DNA of 64,000 nt from assembly GCA_965224485.1 (NCBI GenBank), contig CBDCZH010000010.1, positions 160,001-224,000 on the forward strand. The letters run 5' to 3'. This document shows, piece by piece, positions 39,949-52,063 of the stretch. Position numbers and translations under genes: made by a program. The first letter of the stretch is position 1, and every line of letters starts with the position of its first letter. The stretch comes from Arcobacteraceae bacterium. GTDB taxonomy: Bacteria > Campylobacterota > Campylobacteria > Campylobacterales > Arcobacteraceae. A model generated the notes under the pieces. It did not search any database. It was not told where the DNA came from and worked only from the letters and a program-made list of their open reading frames with translations.

Positions 39949-41384
39949 TATCCTACACTTCCTTCTAAGGTTATATCTAATAAGGCTTTTGCTTCAACTG
40001 CAAACTCCATTGGTAATTCTTGTAATACTTCTTGACAAAATCCATTTACTATCATTGAAATTGCATTTTGTGTAGAAAAACCTCTTTGCTGTAAAAAAAA
40101 TAGTTGTTCGTCTGATATTTTTGAAGTAGTCGCTTCATGCTCAACGCTTGAGCTTTTATTTCTTATTTCGTGATATGGATAAGTATTTGCCTTACACTTA
40201 TCTCCAATTAATAAAGAATCACATTCAGAGATATTTCTAGAATTGCTGGCATTTTTACCCATTCTTACTAATCCTCTGTATGAGTTAACTCCTTTAAGTG
40301 CTGATATTCCTTTTGAAATGATAGTTGATTTAGTATTTTTACCTAAATGTATCATTTTTGAACCAGTATCTGCTTGCTGAGCTTTTGAAGATATTGCAAC
40401 AGAGTAAAACTCTCCCACACTATTATCACCTTTTAAAATACATGAGGGATATTTCCAAGTTACTAGTGCCCCTGTTTCAACTTGAGTCCATGATATTTTT
40501 GAATTATCACCTAAGCATTTACCTCTTTTTGTAACAAAGTTTAAAATTCCACCTTTTCCATTTATATCACCAGGATACCAATTTTGAATAGTTGAGTATT
40601 TGATTTGAGCGTCTTTTAAAGCAATTAACTCAACAACAGCTGCATGAAGTTGCTTTTGGTCTCTACTTGGAGCTGAACACCCTTCATTGTATGAAACATA
40701 AGAGTTTTCATCTGCTATTATAATTGTTCTTTCAAATTGACCTGTATCTAAAGCATTTATTCTAAAATATGTTGATAGTTCCATTGGACATCTTGTATTT
40801 GGTGGAATATAAACAAACGAGCCATCTGTAAAAACACAAGAGTTTAAAGCTGAGAAAAAATTATCACCAACTGGAACAACAGAAGTTAAATATTTTTTTA
40901 AAAGTGCTGGATGTTTTTTTGATGCTTCTGAAATAGAACAAAAAATAATTCCTAGTTTTTCTAATTCATCTTTATATGTTGTTTTAATAGAAACTGAATC
41001 AAAAACAGCATCAACTGCAACTCCTGCTAGTTGTTTTTGTTCTTCTAGTGGAATTCCTAGTTTTTCATATGTTTCTAAAATATTTGGATCAATTTCATCT
41101 AAAGAGTTTAGTGCTTTTAATGGGGCTGAGAAATATGAAATATCTTGAAAATCTATTTTTGGATAGTTTAATGTTGCCCAAGATGGTTCAGTCATTTTTT
41201 GCCATCTTTTATATGCTTTTAAACGAAAGTCTAATAACCAAGAAGGTTCTTCTTTTTTAGCAGATATTGCTTTTATTACATCTTCATTTAAACCTTTTGC
41301 AAATGTTTCACTTTTTACAAGTGTTTCAAAGCCTAATTTATAGTCATCTTCTAAGATTTTTTTAATTTCTTTATTAGCACTCAC
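39948..41384 (-). CDS. sufB: SufB Fe-S scaffold
   Basis: [43 protein letters not shown]. Confidence 0.97.
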   Translation of the reverse strand: MSANKEIKKILEDDYKLGFETLVKSETFAKGLNEDVIKAISAKKEEPSWLLDFRLKAYKRWQKMTEPSWATLNYPKIDFQDISYFSAPLKALNSLDEIDPNILETYEKLGIPLEEQKQLAGVAVDAVFDSVSIKTTYKDELEKLGIIFCSISEASKKHPALLKKYLTSVVPVGDNFFSALNSCVFTDGSFVYIPPNTRCPMELSTYFRINALDTGQFERTIIIADENSYVSYNEGCSAPSRDQKQLHAAVVELIALKDAQIKYSTIQNWYPGDINGKGGILNFVTKRGKCLGDNSKISWTQVETGALVTWKYPSCILKGDNSVGEFYSVAISSKAQQADTGSKMIHLGKNTKSTIISKGISALKGVNSYRGLVRMGKNASNSRNISECDSLLIGDKCKANTYPYHEIRNKSSSVEHEATTSKISDEQLFFLQQRGFSTQNAISMIVNGFCQEVLQELPMEFAVEAKALLDITLEGSVG

Positions 41385-41393
41385 ATCTTATCC

Positions 41394-41426
41394 TTTTAAA
41401 TAGGACTCTTTTTATCCTATTTAAAA
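41394..41426. promoter_or_regulatory. Palindromic operator upstream of sufB (TTTTAAATAGGA-N9-TCCTATTTAAAA)
   Basis: Perfect 12-bp arms; its core matches 43211-43235 at 21/25 positions. Confidence 0.7.
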
Positions 41427-41475
41427 TAGTAGCATACTTTTCATAAAATAAGTAAATGATTAAAGATATAAGTAT

Positions 41476-42282
41476 TTAATTACTTTGAATTTTTCTTTCT
41501 AAAGAATTAGCATAATATGAAATAGGATAGGTTAAAATCAAATAACCTAAAGCTAATGGAATATAAGATTCTAGGGTTGAATATGTATATGCATTTACTT
41601 CTTGTGCATTCATAGTAAACTCACTAATTGATATAATTGATAATAAAGAAGAATCTTTAATAATAGAAGCAAACTGTCCAGCAAGGGCAGGTAACATTCT
41701 TTTAAAAGCTTGTGGAAAAATTACATAAACATACATTTGATAATTACTTAATCCTAAAGCTTTTGCTGCTTCAAATTGTTCTTTATCTACACTTTTAAGA
41801 GCTGCTCTTATAATCTCAGATACATAAGCACCTGAAAAAAGAGCTAAGATAACAACTCCTACTATATATCTATTATCTAAACCAAGATTATTTGCAAAAA
41901 CATAAAAAAATATTAAAATTTGAACAAGTAATGGAGTTCCTCTTATAATTTCAATATAAAATCTTGAAAAAAATCTAAGTAGTATTATTTTTGAATTTTG
42001 CCCATAAGAGAAAAAAATTCCAATTATAAAACTTAAAATTAATGCAAAGAATGAGATTACAATAGTTATAATAAAACCATCAATGAATTTTTGCTTGTAT
42101 TGCCAAACACTATCCCAGTGAAAATCATAAGAGATATTTGAAAACATAAAATAAAAAGTTAAAAAAACTATAATACTTAATAATAAGAAGTTAAAAGCAT
42201 AAACTCTTTTGCTTATGCTTTTATGTTTTTTTAAATCAATTTCACTAATAAAATATTTAAAATATTGTTTGAAAAAATTAAT
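41476..42282 (-). CDS. Polar amino acid ABC transporter permease
   Basis: RGTPLLVQI, AYVSEIIRA, IKDSSL. Frame stays open 45 codons upstream of ATG 42147, to an ATT with AAGG RBS; start uncertain. Confidence 0.9.
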   Translation of the reverse strand: MNFFKQYFKYFISEIDLKKHKSISKRVYAFNFLLLSIIVFLTFYFMFSNISYDFHWDSVWQYKQKFIDGFIITIVISFFALILSFIIGIFFSYGQNSKIILLRFFSRFYIEIIRGTPLLVQILIFFYVFANNLGLDNRYIVGVVILALFSGAYVSEIIRAALKSVDKEQFEAAKALGLSNYQMYVYVIFPQAFKRMLPALAGQFASIIKDSSLLSIISISEFTMNAQEVNAYTYSTLESYIPLALGYLILTYPISYYANSLERKIQSN

Positions 42283-42293
42283 TTTTATACCTT

Positions 42294-43094
42294 TTAAAAG
42301 AAAAATGGAATGTTAAGTTCATCAAAAGTGCTTTTGGCTTCTTCTAAATGTTTATTTGCTAATTTATCAAATGTTCCGTCTTTTTTAGACTTACTAATAA
42401 ATTCATCAATTTTATTTTTTAATTCTTCATCACCTTGTCTTAAAGCAATTCCCCAATATTCAAAATCTTTTTGAAATGAAGCTAAAAGTGCCTTTGTTGT
42501 TTTTTTATGTTTTGCATAGTTTTTATAAATAGTTAATTGATCATATATAAAACCATCTGCTTTTCCTTGCACAACTTCAAGAACACAAGTACTCTCTTTA
42601 TCAAATACTAATACATTTACATCTTGTAAATGATTTTTTGCATATAAATGTCCTGTTGAACCTTTTTTAACTGCTATTGTATTACCTGCTTTAAAATCAA
42701 CTATTGAAGAAATATTTGAATTTTTGTTAGCTAGAATTGCTAAAGAAGATTGTGCATAAGGAACAGAAAATGCAATAGTTTTTTTTCGCTCTTCATTTAT
42801 AGTCATAGATGAAATAATAATATCTATCTTTTTTGTTTTTAAAGAAGGAATTAATCCATCCCAAGCAATATTTTCAATTATTACTTCTTTATTTAAAGCT
42901 TTTCCTAATGCATAAGCTAAATCTACTGATACTCCGCTTGGTTTTCCATTTTTATCACTCATTTCAAAAGGAGGGTAAGCTAATTCCATTCCAACTCTTA
43001 GAATATTTGTATTTTCATCTTTAGAATTACAAGCTTGAAATACAAGAACAACTAAAACCACTATAAAACCTAATAAACCTTTTTTGATACTCAT
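42294..43094 (-). CDS. Polar amino acid ABC transporter substrate-binding lipoprotein
   Basis: Lipobox FQAC, GMELAYPPFE, WDGLIPSL; ATG 43094 after AGGAG. Confidence 0.93.
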   Translation of the reverse strand: MSIKKGLLGFIVVLVVLVFQACNSKDENTNILRVGMELAYPPFEMSDKNGKPSGVSVDLAYALGKALNKEVIIENIAWDGLIPSLKTKKIDIIISSMTINEERKKTIAFSVPYAQSSLAILANKNSNISSIVDFKAGNTIAVKKGSTGHLYAKNHLQDVNVLVFDKESTCVLEVVQGKADGFIYDQLTIYKNYAKHKKTTKALLASFQKDFEYWGIALRQGDEELKNKIDEFISKSKKDGTFDKLANKHLEEAKSTFDELNIPFFF

Positions 43095-43210
43095 TCTCAC
43101 TCCTATATTTTATTTTTTATATTATGTCATTGTCTTTCTGTAAAGCCTATTAAACAGCAAAAAAGCAAGAAAAATGTTACAAATTGTAAATTTTTCATAG
43201 TAAATTTTCT

Positions 43211-43235
43211 AATTAAGACAATTTTTATCCTATTT
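43211..43235. promoter_or_regulatory. Operator upstream of nifS, homologous to the sufB operator
   Basis: AATTAAGACAATTTTTATCCTATTT, 4 nt before a TATAAT box. Confidence 0.65.
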
Positions 43236-43252
43236 CAATTATAATTCCCTAA

Positions 43253-44515
<1,263 letters not shown>

Positions 44516-44531
44516 GAAAGAAGGAATAAAA

Positions 44532-45512
44532 ATGGCTAAAGGCGATTTAATATCTGGCTCAATTTGGGATGAATACTCAAATCAAGTTATAAGAAGAATG
44601 GATAATCCATCTCATCAAGGTGAGATAACAGAAGAGATGGCAGAAAAAATTGGTGGAAAACTAATAGTTGCAGATTTTGGTGCTGAATCATGTGGAGATG
44701 CGGTAAGACTTTACTGGGTTGTTAATGAAGAAAATGACATAATTGAAGACTCTAAATTCAAATCTTTTGGTTGTGGTACTGCGATTGCATCATCTGATGT
44801 TATGGCTGAATTATGTATTGGTAAAAGTGTTCAAGAAGCTGTAAAGATTACAAATATTGATGTAGAACATGCTTTAAGAGATCATCCAGATATTCCAGCA
44901 GTTCCACCTCAAAAAATGCATTGTTCTGTTATGGCATATGATGTTATTAAAAAAGCAGCTGGTACATATATGGAAGTTGATATGGAATCTTTTGAAACAG
45001 AACAAATTGTTTGTGAATGTGCAAGAGTATCTTTAGGAACAATTCAAGAAGTTATTAGATTAAATGATTTAACTACTGTTGAACAAATCACAGATTATAC
45101 TAAAGCAGGTGCTTTTTGTAAATCATGTATTCGCCCAGGTGGGCATGAGGAAAAAGATATCTATTTAGTTGATATCTTAGCTGATACAAGAAGTGAAATG
45201 GAAGCAGAAAAGTTAAAAGAAGCTGCTGATGCAAATGAAAATGGAATGGCTACATTTGATAAAATGACAATTGTTCAAAGAATCAAAGCTGTTGATGCCA
45301 TTTTAGATGTAGATATTAGACCTATGCTTGTTATGGATGGTGGTAATATGGAAATTATTGATATTAAAGATAATGTTCCTCATTATGATATTTATATTAG
45401 ATACTTAGGTGCTTGTAATGGTTGTGATTCTGGTAGTACTGGAACTTTATATGCAATAGAATCAGTTCTAAAGCAAAAAGTTGATGAGAATATTAGAATT
45501 TTACCTATTTAA
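44532..45512 (+). CDS. nifU: NifU Fe-S scaffold (IscU + BFD-like + Nfu domains)
   Basis: CGDAVRL, FGCGTAIAS, KMHCSV, VCEC...CKSC, GACNGC. Confidence 0.96.
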   Translation: MAKGDLISGSIWDEYSNQVIRRMDNPSHQGEITEEMAEKIGGKLIVADFGAESCGDAVRLYWVVNEENDIIEDSKFKSFGCGTAIASSDVMAELCIGKSVQEAVKITNIDVEHALRDHPDIPAVPPQKMHCSVMAYDVIKKAAGTYMEVDMESFETEQIVCECARVSLGTIQEVIRLNDLTTVEQITDYTKAGAFCKSCIRPGGHEEKDIYLVDILADTRSEMEAEKLKEAADANENGMATFDKMTIVQRIKAVDAILDVDIRPMLVMDGGNMEIIDIKDNVPHYDIYIRYLGACNGCDSGSTGTLYAIESVLKQKVDENIRILPI

Positions 45513-45529
45513 TAAATATAAATAAATAT

Positions 45530-45567
45530 AAAAAAAGGGTGAATTATCAAATTCTCCCTTTTTTTTT
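45530..45567 (+). terminator. Intrinsic terminator after nifU
   Basis: AAAAAAAGGGTGAATT...AATTCTCCCTTTTTTTTT. Confidence 0.8.
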
Positions 45568-45579
45568 GATAAATATCAA
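45566..45579 (+). promoter_or_regulatory. FNR/DNR-type box TTGAT-AAAT-ATCAA
   Basis: Perfect consensus, 22 nt upstream of TATAAT (45602-45607); class II geometry. Confidence 0.8.
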
Positions 45580-45633
45580 TTCAAAATCTTTGTTTTTTTT
45601 ATATAATGAGAAAAATAAAATTAAGGATTTATA

Positions 45634-46071
45634 ATGAGTGAAACTATTTCAACATATTTAACACAAGATCACAGAGCCTGTGATGAAGAATTTGCAAATA
45701 TGGAAAATGCAGTGGCAGCTGATGATTGGAATGAAGGTTCTAAACTATTTGAGAAATTCTCTTGTGATTTAGAGCATCACTTTTTAATGGAAGAAAAAGT
45801 TATGTTTCCTGCTTTTGAGGAAAAAACTGGAATGACACAAGGTCCAACAGCAATGATGAGAATGGAACATGAGCAAATGAGAGTAGTTCTCTCTCAAATG
45901 AGAAGTGATGTTGAAACAAAAGATAAGAACCATTTTTTTGGCTTATCTGAATCACTAATGATGTTAATGCAACAACATAATATGAAAGAAGAACAAATGT
46001 TGTATGCAATGGCAGATGCGCACTTAGGCGAAGATGTAGCTTCTATAGTGCAAAGCATGAAAGGTTTATAA
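45634..46071 (+). CDS. Hemerythrin (HHE) domain protein
   Basis: DHRACD, HHFLMEEKVMFP, MRMEHEQM, QHNMKEEQMLY. Confidence 0.93.
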   Translation: MSETISTYLTQDHRACDEEFANMENAVAADDWNEGSKLFEKFSCDLEHHFLMEEKVMFPAFEEKTGMTQGPTAMMRMEHEQMRVVLSQMRSDVETKDKNHFFGLSESLMMLMQQHNMKEEQMLYAMADAHLGEDVASIVQSMKGL

Positions 46072-46079
46072 TTTAAATA

Positions 46080-47360
46080 ATGTTTAATCAAGGTTTATCT
46101 CTAAATCAGGCACCACCAATATCGGTGCCCTTTAGATTTTTTTTAACAGCTCCTTTATTTGGAATTTTAATAGGAATTATGTTTTTTCTTTATCCTATTG
46201 ATATTGTTTCAAATAGGTTTTCTCCTGTAACTATTGGAATAGTTCATTTATTTACTTTAGGAATGTTAGCAATGATTGTTTTTGGAGCTATGCAGCAAAT
46301 GATGCCAGTTCTTTCAGGTGCATTAGTACCAAAACCTAGAGTTTTTGCTTTTATAGTTCATACAGGTCTTACTTTAGGAACACTATTCTTTTCCGGCTCT
46401 TTTATATTTGACCTTCCTTATTTATTAGAAGCTGGTGTTTCTTTATTGGCTTTATCATTTTTAGTATTTTTTCTTTTTACTATAAAACTTTTGTATAAAG
46501 TAAAATTTTTAACTTCAACAGTAAATACAATGAAACTATTTTCAATAATGGGATTTTTAACAGCTATTTTTGGTCTTATTATTGCTTTTAATCATATTGG
46601 TTCAAATATTCCAGAAAATCACTACTTTTTTGTAAATACTCATATTGTTTTAGGTGTTTTTGGTTTTGCAGTTTTACTTATAATGGGTATATCTTTTCAA
46701 GTTATTCCTATGTTCTATGTGGCCAAAGATTTTCCTAAATTTGTACAAAATAAAATCCCTTTATTTATAGCTGCTCTTATTGCTTCATTTTCTTTATTTT
46801 TCTTTTTTGAACTTGATGTTTATATTTTAAAATTAGTTTTAGCAATATTTTTAATGATATTTTCTTTTTATGCTTTAAACTCTTTAAATAATAGAAGAAG
46901 GCCTGTTTTTGATGTTACTTTGTGGTATTGGAAGCTATCTTTGTATTTTTTTATTTTTACAATGCTAAATTGGCTTTTTGTTCCACAAGATTCACCTTTT
47001 TTAATATCAATTATGTTTGCTTTTGGTTTTTTATACTCATTGCTTCAAGGTATGGTATATAAAATAATTCCTTTCTTAGCTTGGTTTCATTTAAGCTCAA
47101 AGGGATATTTCATTATTCCTACTATGAGAGAAATGATAAATGAAGACATGATTAAAATTCATTTTTACTTGCATTGCACAGCATTATTATTTTTTATAAT
47201 AACACCTTTTTTATCTAATTTATTTTTAATAATAGGAGCTACTTTTTTTATAGCTTCAAATAGTCTATTTTTTCTTAATTGTTTAATTGCAATTAAAAAA
47301 TATACTAAAATAGTAAAAACAGATCCTTTATCTTCAATGCCAGTTAAAAGTACAAAGTAG
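46080..47360 (+). CDS. Polytopic membrane protein with conserved His, a typical partner of this hemerythrin family
   Basis: About 12 TM segments; PFRFF, HLFTLG, GAMQQMMPV, FQVIPMF, YKIIPFLAWFH. Confidence 0.75.
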   Translation: MFNQGLSLNQAPPISVPFRFFLTAPLFGILIGIMFFLYPIDIVSNRFSPVTIGIVHLFTLGMLAMIVFGAMQQMMPVLSGALVPKPRVFAFIVHTGLTLGTLFFSGSFIFDLPYLLEAGVSLLALSFLVFFLFTIKLLYKVKFLTSTVNTMKLFSIMGFLTAIFGLIIAFNHIGSNIPENHYFFVNTHIVLGVFGFAVLLIMGISFQVIPMFYVAKDFPKFVQNKIPLFIAALIASFSLFFFFELDVYILKLVLAIFLMIFSFYALNSLNNRRRPVFDVTLWYWKLSLYFFIFTMLNWLFVPQDSPFLISIMFAFGFLYSLLQGMVYKIIPFLAWFHLSSKGYFIIPTMREMINEDMIKIHFYLHCTALLFFIITPFLSNLFLIIGATFFIASNSLFFLNCLIAIKKYTKIVKTDPLSSMPVKSTK

Positions 47361-47395
47361 TTTGTGATATAATGCCTTAAAAAACAAGGTCAATA

Positions 47396-48775
47396 ATGTC
47401 AGATGAACAGATACTAAAAAATACTAATGCTGCTATTTTAGATGAATTTAATGCTTCAATTATGTTTGATAAAGAGTTATATGATCAAGATATAAGAGGA
47501 TCAATTGCTCATAGTAAAATGCTTTTAAAACAAGGAATCTTAAAAAAAGATGATCAAAAAGATATAGAAGCTGGTTTATTACAAATAAAAGCAGAAATAG
47601 AAGCAAATACATTTGTTTTTGATATTTCTAGTGAAGATATTCATATGGCTATTGAATCAAGACTTACACAAATTATTGGTGAAGCTGGAAAAAGACTTCA
47701 TACAGCTAGAAGTAGAAATGATCAAGTTGCTAGTGATTTTAGATTATATGTAAAAGAAAAAAATATATCTATTATGAAACAAGTAAAAGATTTAGTTTCT
47801 ACTTTTGTTACTTTAGCTTCTAAACACACAGATACTTTAATTCCAGGTATGACTCACTTACAACATGCTCAGCCTATTAACTTTGGATATCATATGTTAG
47901 CTTATGCAAATATGTTTAAAAGAGATTTTGAACGTTTCGAAAGCTCATATAAACGTAATGATGTTTCTGCCTTAGGATCAGCTGCCCTAGCTGGTACTCC
48001 TCATAATATAGATAGGTTTGAGACTTCTGAGCTTTTAGGTTTTTCTCATCCTACTTCTTGTGCTTTAGATACAGTTTCAGATAGAGACTTTGCTTTAGAA
48101 ATTTTGTTTAATATTTCAACTGCAGTTATGCACATATCAAGAATTTCAGAAGAGTTAGTTTTATGGTCATCTTATGAATTTTCTTTTATTAAAATGTCAG
48201 ATGAGTATTCTACAACATCATCAATTATGCCTCAAAAGAAAAATCCTGATGTTCCTGAGTTATTAAGAGGAAAAACAGGACGCGTTTATGGAAATTTGAT
48301 TTCCTTATTAACAGTTATGAAAGGACTTCCTTTAGCTTATAATAAAGATACCCAAGAAGATAAAGAGGGTGTTTTTGATTCTGTTAAAACTATTGAAATC
48401 TCATTGAGTATTTTAAATGAAGTTATAAAAACAATGAGCATAAATAAGAATAAAATGCAAGACGCTTGTAAAGTTGGACATTTAAGTGCAACTGATTTAG
48501 CTGATTATTTAGTAATGAAAGAAGATATAGCTTTTAGAACTGCTTATTATATAACAAAAGCAGTTGTAAATAAAGCAAATGAACTTAATAAAGATATGAG
48601 TGAATTAAATATAAATGAAATTAGAAGTGCTCATAGTGATATTAAAAATATAAATGAAGAAATTGTTGAGTTTTTAGATTTAAAACATTCTATGAATACT
48701 AGAAATTCTTATGGTGGAACATCTACAAAACAAACAAAAATACAAATTGAAGAGTTCAAAAAGTGGTTAAAGTAG
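47396..48775 (+). CDS. argH: Argininosuccinate lyase
   Basis: [32 protein letters not shown]. Confidence 0.98.
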   Translation: MSDEQILKNTNAAILDEFNASIMFDKELYDQDIRGSIAHSKMLLKQGILKKDDQKDIEAGLLQIKAEIEANTFVFDISSEDIHMAIESRLTQIIGEAGKRLHTARSRNDQVASDFRLYVKEKNISIMKQVKDLVSTFVTLASKHTDTLIPGMTHLQHAQPINFGYHMLAYANMFKRDFERFESSYKRNDVSALGSAALAGTPHNIDRFETSELLGFSHPTSCALDTVSDRDFALEILFNISTAVMHISRISEELVLWSSYEFSFIKMSDEYSTTSSIMPQKKNPDVPELLRGKTGRVYGNLISLLTVMKGLPLAYNKDTQEDKEGVFDSVKTIEISLSILNEVIKTMSINKNKMQDACKVGHLSATDLADYLVMKEDIAFRTAYYITKAVVNKANELNKDMSELNINEIRSAHSDIKNINEEIVEFLDLKHSMNTRNSYGGTSTKQTKIQIEEFKKWLK

Positions 48776-48798
48776 AGAATATTATTTAAAGCTTTGAG

Positions 48799-48827
48799 AA
48801 CTTAGATGAGTTTATCTCATCTAAGTT
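48799..48827. terminator. Inverted repeat between argH and cheV
   Basis: AACTTAGATGAG-TTTAT-CTCATCTAAGTT. Confidence 0.7.
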
Positions 48828-48831
48828 TGTT

Positions 48832-49734
48832 TTACATTTTTATAAGTCTAGATACTTCTGCAAATAAAGTCTCTACATCAGTTTTACCAACAAATGAATC
48901 AACTCCAATACGTCTCATTTTATCTTTAACAGCTTCTGTTGTCATAGATGAGTTTACAATAACTGGAATATGTGAATGTTTGTCTTTTATATATTGAGAA
49001 ACTTGAAAACCATCAACTTCAGGCATTTCAATATCTGTAATAATTAAACCAATATCTTCATCATTGATTTCTTTAATTCTATCAATTAGCTCTTTTCCAT
49101 TTTTATAAATTTCATAAGATAAACCAGCTTTTTCGAAAAATTTAATTAACATTTCTCTTGCTACATTTGAATCTTCAGCGGCAAGAACTAGTTTTTTAGT
49201 TCTAATTTTGTTTTTAACATATCTAGTTAATGATTCATCTTCATTAGCACCCCAACCGATATCTTTTAAGAGTTGTTCTGCATTAAAAACTGTACATAAC
49301 TCATCATTGTTATTTACGTTTACATATGTTGTATATGTGATTTTTGAACTTGAATCTTCAGATGGTCTTAATTCTTCTGTAGTTTTTTCAACAATATTAA
49401 TCATATCTTTTATTAAAAAACCAACTTTTTTATTGGAGAACTCACAGTAGATTATTAATTTATACTCTTGTGTTGCTAATGGAGTTGATCCTAACCAAGT
49501 ATCTAAATTAATTAATGTAACAGGTTCCCCTCTAATTGTAGCAATTCCTGCAATAACCGGAGATTCCGAAGGAGTTTGATTGATTGTAACTTCTTCTGTA
49601 ATAATAAATGCTTTTACTTTTGCTATATTAATTGCATAAATATTATTGTGTCCTGTAAAAAATACTGCTAATTGTTGGACATTTCGTAAATGCCCTTGTG
49701 TCATTTGTTCAACGCTAGTTCCAATATCACTCAT
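48832..49734 (-). CDS. cheV: Chemotaxis protein CheV (CheW + receiver)
   Basis: YAINIAKV, IRGEPVTLINL; AEDS...ITDIEMPEVDG. Confidence 0.93.
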   Translation of the reverse strand: MSDIGTSVEQMTQGHLRNVQQLAVFFTGHNNIYAINIAKVKAFIITEEVTINQTPSESPVIAGIATIRGEPVTLINLDTWLGSTPLATQEYKLIIYCEFSNKKVGFLIKDMINIVEKTTEELRPSEDSSSKITYTTYVNVNNNDELCTVFNAEQLLKDIGWGANEDESLTRYVKNKIRTKKLVLAAEDSNVAREMLIKFFEKAGLSYEIYKNGKELIDRIKEINDEDIGLIITDIEMPEVDGFQVSQYIKDKHSHIPVIVNSSMTTEAVKDKMRRIGVDSFVGKTDVETLFAEVSRLIKM

Positions 49735-49818
49735 TTGAATCCTTTTACTATATTGTATAGATTATATATCTTTTTATCTTACAAAAGACTTTTACACATT
49801 ATTATTTTTATTTATTAA

Positions 49819-50493
49819 TTATTTTTTATCTTCTTTTTTAGCTATTTTTTGTTTATTTAAAATCTTTTGAATAACTAAAGATGACAACATTAAACCAAAA
49901 GAAGCCGTAACAGCCATAAAACTACCTTTTTCTTTACAGTTTGGTGCTTCTGATGAAAATACTACTTTAAATTTCTTTTTAAATCCAATCTTTTTTAATT
50001 CGTATTTAATTTTTCTAATAAAAGGGTCATTAAATGTATCCCAAATAGAAATATACTCTATTTTTGAAGGATCAATTCTTTTAGCAGATCCAGAAGTTGT
50101 AAGTACTTTTTTGTAATGTCTACTTATTAAATGAACTTTTGGTTTTATATCATCAATTGCATCAATAATATAATCAAATGAAGAAAAATCAAAATCATCA
50201 ATCCACTCATTTGTTATTTTTGCATTTATTGCTTTTATTTCAGGATAAATTTCATTTAAAGCTTCTACTTTAATTCTTCCTAAGTTTCCTTCACTTCCTA
50301 ATTGTCTATTTAAATTTGTTATTTCATAAGTATCAAAGTCAACTATAGTAATATTTGTAAAACCAGTTCTATAAAGTGAGTCTAAAGTAAAACTTCCAAC
50401 TCCCCCAATACCTAGAATTATAATTTTTGTTTTAGTGAATATCTCAAAACTCTCTTCACCAAATAATTTTATTGTTCTATCATATCTTGACAT
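49819..50493 (-). CDS. tcdA: ThiF family protein, tRNA threonylcarbamoyladenosine dehydratase
   Basis: LGIGGVGS, TNLNRQ, IDAID, VVFSSE, GSFMAVTASFG. Confidence 0.85.
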   Translation of the reverse strand: MSRYDRTIKLFGEESFEIFTKTKIIILGIGGVGSFTLDSLYRTGFTNITIVDFDTYEITNLNRQLGSEGNLGRIKVEALNEIYPEIKAINAKITNEWIDDFDFSSFDYIIDAIDDIKPKVHLISRHYKKVLTTSGSAKRIDPSKIEYISIWDTFNDPFIRKIKYELKKIGFKKKFKVVFSSEAPNCKEKGSFMAVTASFGLMLSSLVIQKILNKQKIAKKEDKK

Positions 50494-50561
50494 TTTTACT
50501 CTTTTATCTATTTTTAGCTATTATATCAAATTAAAATACAAAATATATTAGGGGAGTTAGC

Positions 50562-51047
50562 ATGGATAAAGAACCAATGACAAATGCGGGTTATAATAAA
50601 ATTACAGGAGCCTTAGATTTTTTAAAAAGTAGTGAGCGACCTGAGACTGTAATTGCTTTAGATGAAGCAAGACAGCTTGGAGATTTAAAAGAAAATGCTG
50701 AATACCATGCAGCAAAAGATAAATTAAAATTAATTGATATTCAAATTGCTGAATTAGGCTCAATTATTTCAAAAGCTATTATTATAGATCCAACAACTTT
50801 ACCACATGATAGAGTTTCTTTTGGCTCAACTTTAGAGCTACTTGATGTTAATACTGAAGAAGAATTTAAGTATACGATAGTTGGAAGTGTTGAAGCTGAT
50901 GTAAATAAGGGTTTAATATCTTTTAATTCTCCTTTATCAAAACAACTTTTAGGAAAACAAGAAGGTGATGAAGTAAATGCAAAATTACCAATGGGAACCA
51001 GAACTTTTGAAGTTTTAAGTGTATGTTATAATGAGATTATTTTATAA
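50562..51047 (+). CDS. greA: Transcription elongation factor GreA
   Basis: GDLKENAEYHAAK, ISFNSPL. Confidence 0.97.
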   Translation: MDKEPMTNAGYNKITGALDFLKSSERPETVIALDEARQLGDLKENAEYHAAKDKLKLIDIQIAELGSIISKAIIIDPTTLPHDRVSFGSTLELLDVNTEEEFKYTIVGSVEADVNKGLISFNSPLSKQLLGKQEGDEVNAKLPMGTRTFEVLSVCYNEIIL

Positions 51048-52063
51048 TGATTAATGTAGCAATTATTGGAGCTAGTGGATATACAGGTTTAGAGCTTATT
51101 AAAATACTTATTAATCACGAAAAATTTAATATTTGTTATATAGCAGATTCTGCAGGGGGTAAAAAAGTTGAAGATTTACATCCTAGTTTAAAAAATGTAT
51201 TTTCTCATGCAGTTGAAAAAGCAGATGCTTTTGAAGTATCTCAATGTTCCACTTTAGCTTTTTTAGCACTTCCACATAAGGCTTCTATGGGTTTTGCAAG
51301 TGAACTTTTAAGTTTGGGTGTAAAAGTTGTTGATTTATCTGCTGATTATAGATTAGAACTTGATACATATGAAGAATATTATTGTGCCCATAGTGATAAA
51401 AAAAATCTATCTAAGGCTGTATATGGTTTACCTGAGTTTTTTAGAGAAGAAATCAAAAAAACTAATTTAGTAGCTAATCCAGGTTGTTATCCAACAGCTT
51501 CTTTGTTGGCACTTTTACCTTTTATTGATTATATTGATGAAAATGCACCTATATTTATAGATGCAAAATCAGGAGTTTCTGGAGCTGGAAAAAAATTAAA
51601 TGAGCTTACAAGTTTTTGTAATATGAATGATAATATGTTTGCTTATAATGCTTTAGAGCATAGACATATGCCTGAAATTAATGAAAAAATTAAGATTTTA
51701 AAAAATAAAGAATTATCAATAAATTTTGTACCTCATTTAATAAATGTAACAAGAGGAATGTTAGTATCTGTTTATGCAACACTAAAAGATGATGCACTTG
51801 ATTTAAATGTAAATAAGATTCTAAAAGATAGTTATAAAAATGAAAAATTTATAAGAGTTAAAAATAAACCTGTTGATATAAAATCAGTAGCAGGAACTAA
51901 CTTTTGTGATATTTTTGCAGCAAAAAACAAAAATGCTATTTTTATCAATACTTCAATTGACAACTTATTAAGAGGAGCTTCTTCTCAAGCTGTTTGTAAT
52001 GCAAATATTATGTGTGGTTTTGAAGAAGATTTAGGAATCCCTGATATTGCTTATGTGCCTTAA
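51047..52063 (+). CDS. argC: N-acetyl-gamma-glutamyl-phosphate reductase
   Basis: GASGYTG, ANPGCYPT, SGVSGAG, DNLLRGAS. Confidence 0.97.
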   Translation: MINVAIIGASGYTGLELIKILINHEKFNICYIADSAGGKKVEDLHPSLKNVFSHAVEKADAFEVSQCSTLAFLALPHKASMGFASELLSLGVKVVDLSADYRLELDTYEEYYCAHSDKKNLSKAVYGLPEFFREEIKKTNLVANPGCYPTASLLALLPFIDYIDENAPIFIDAKSGVSGAGKKLNELTSFCNMNDNMFAYNALEHRHMPEINEKIKILKNKELSINFVPHLINVTRGMLVSVYATLKDDALDLNVNKILKDSYKNEKFIRVKNKPVDIKSVAGTNFCDIFAAKNKNAIFINTSIDNLLRGASSQAVCNANIMCGFEEDLGIPDIAYVP

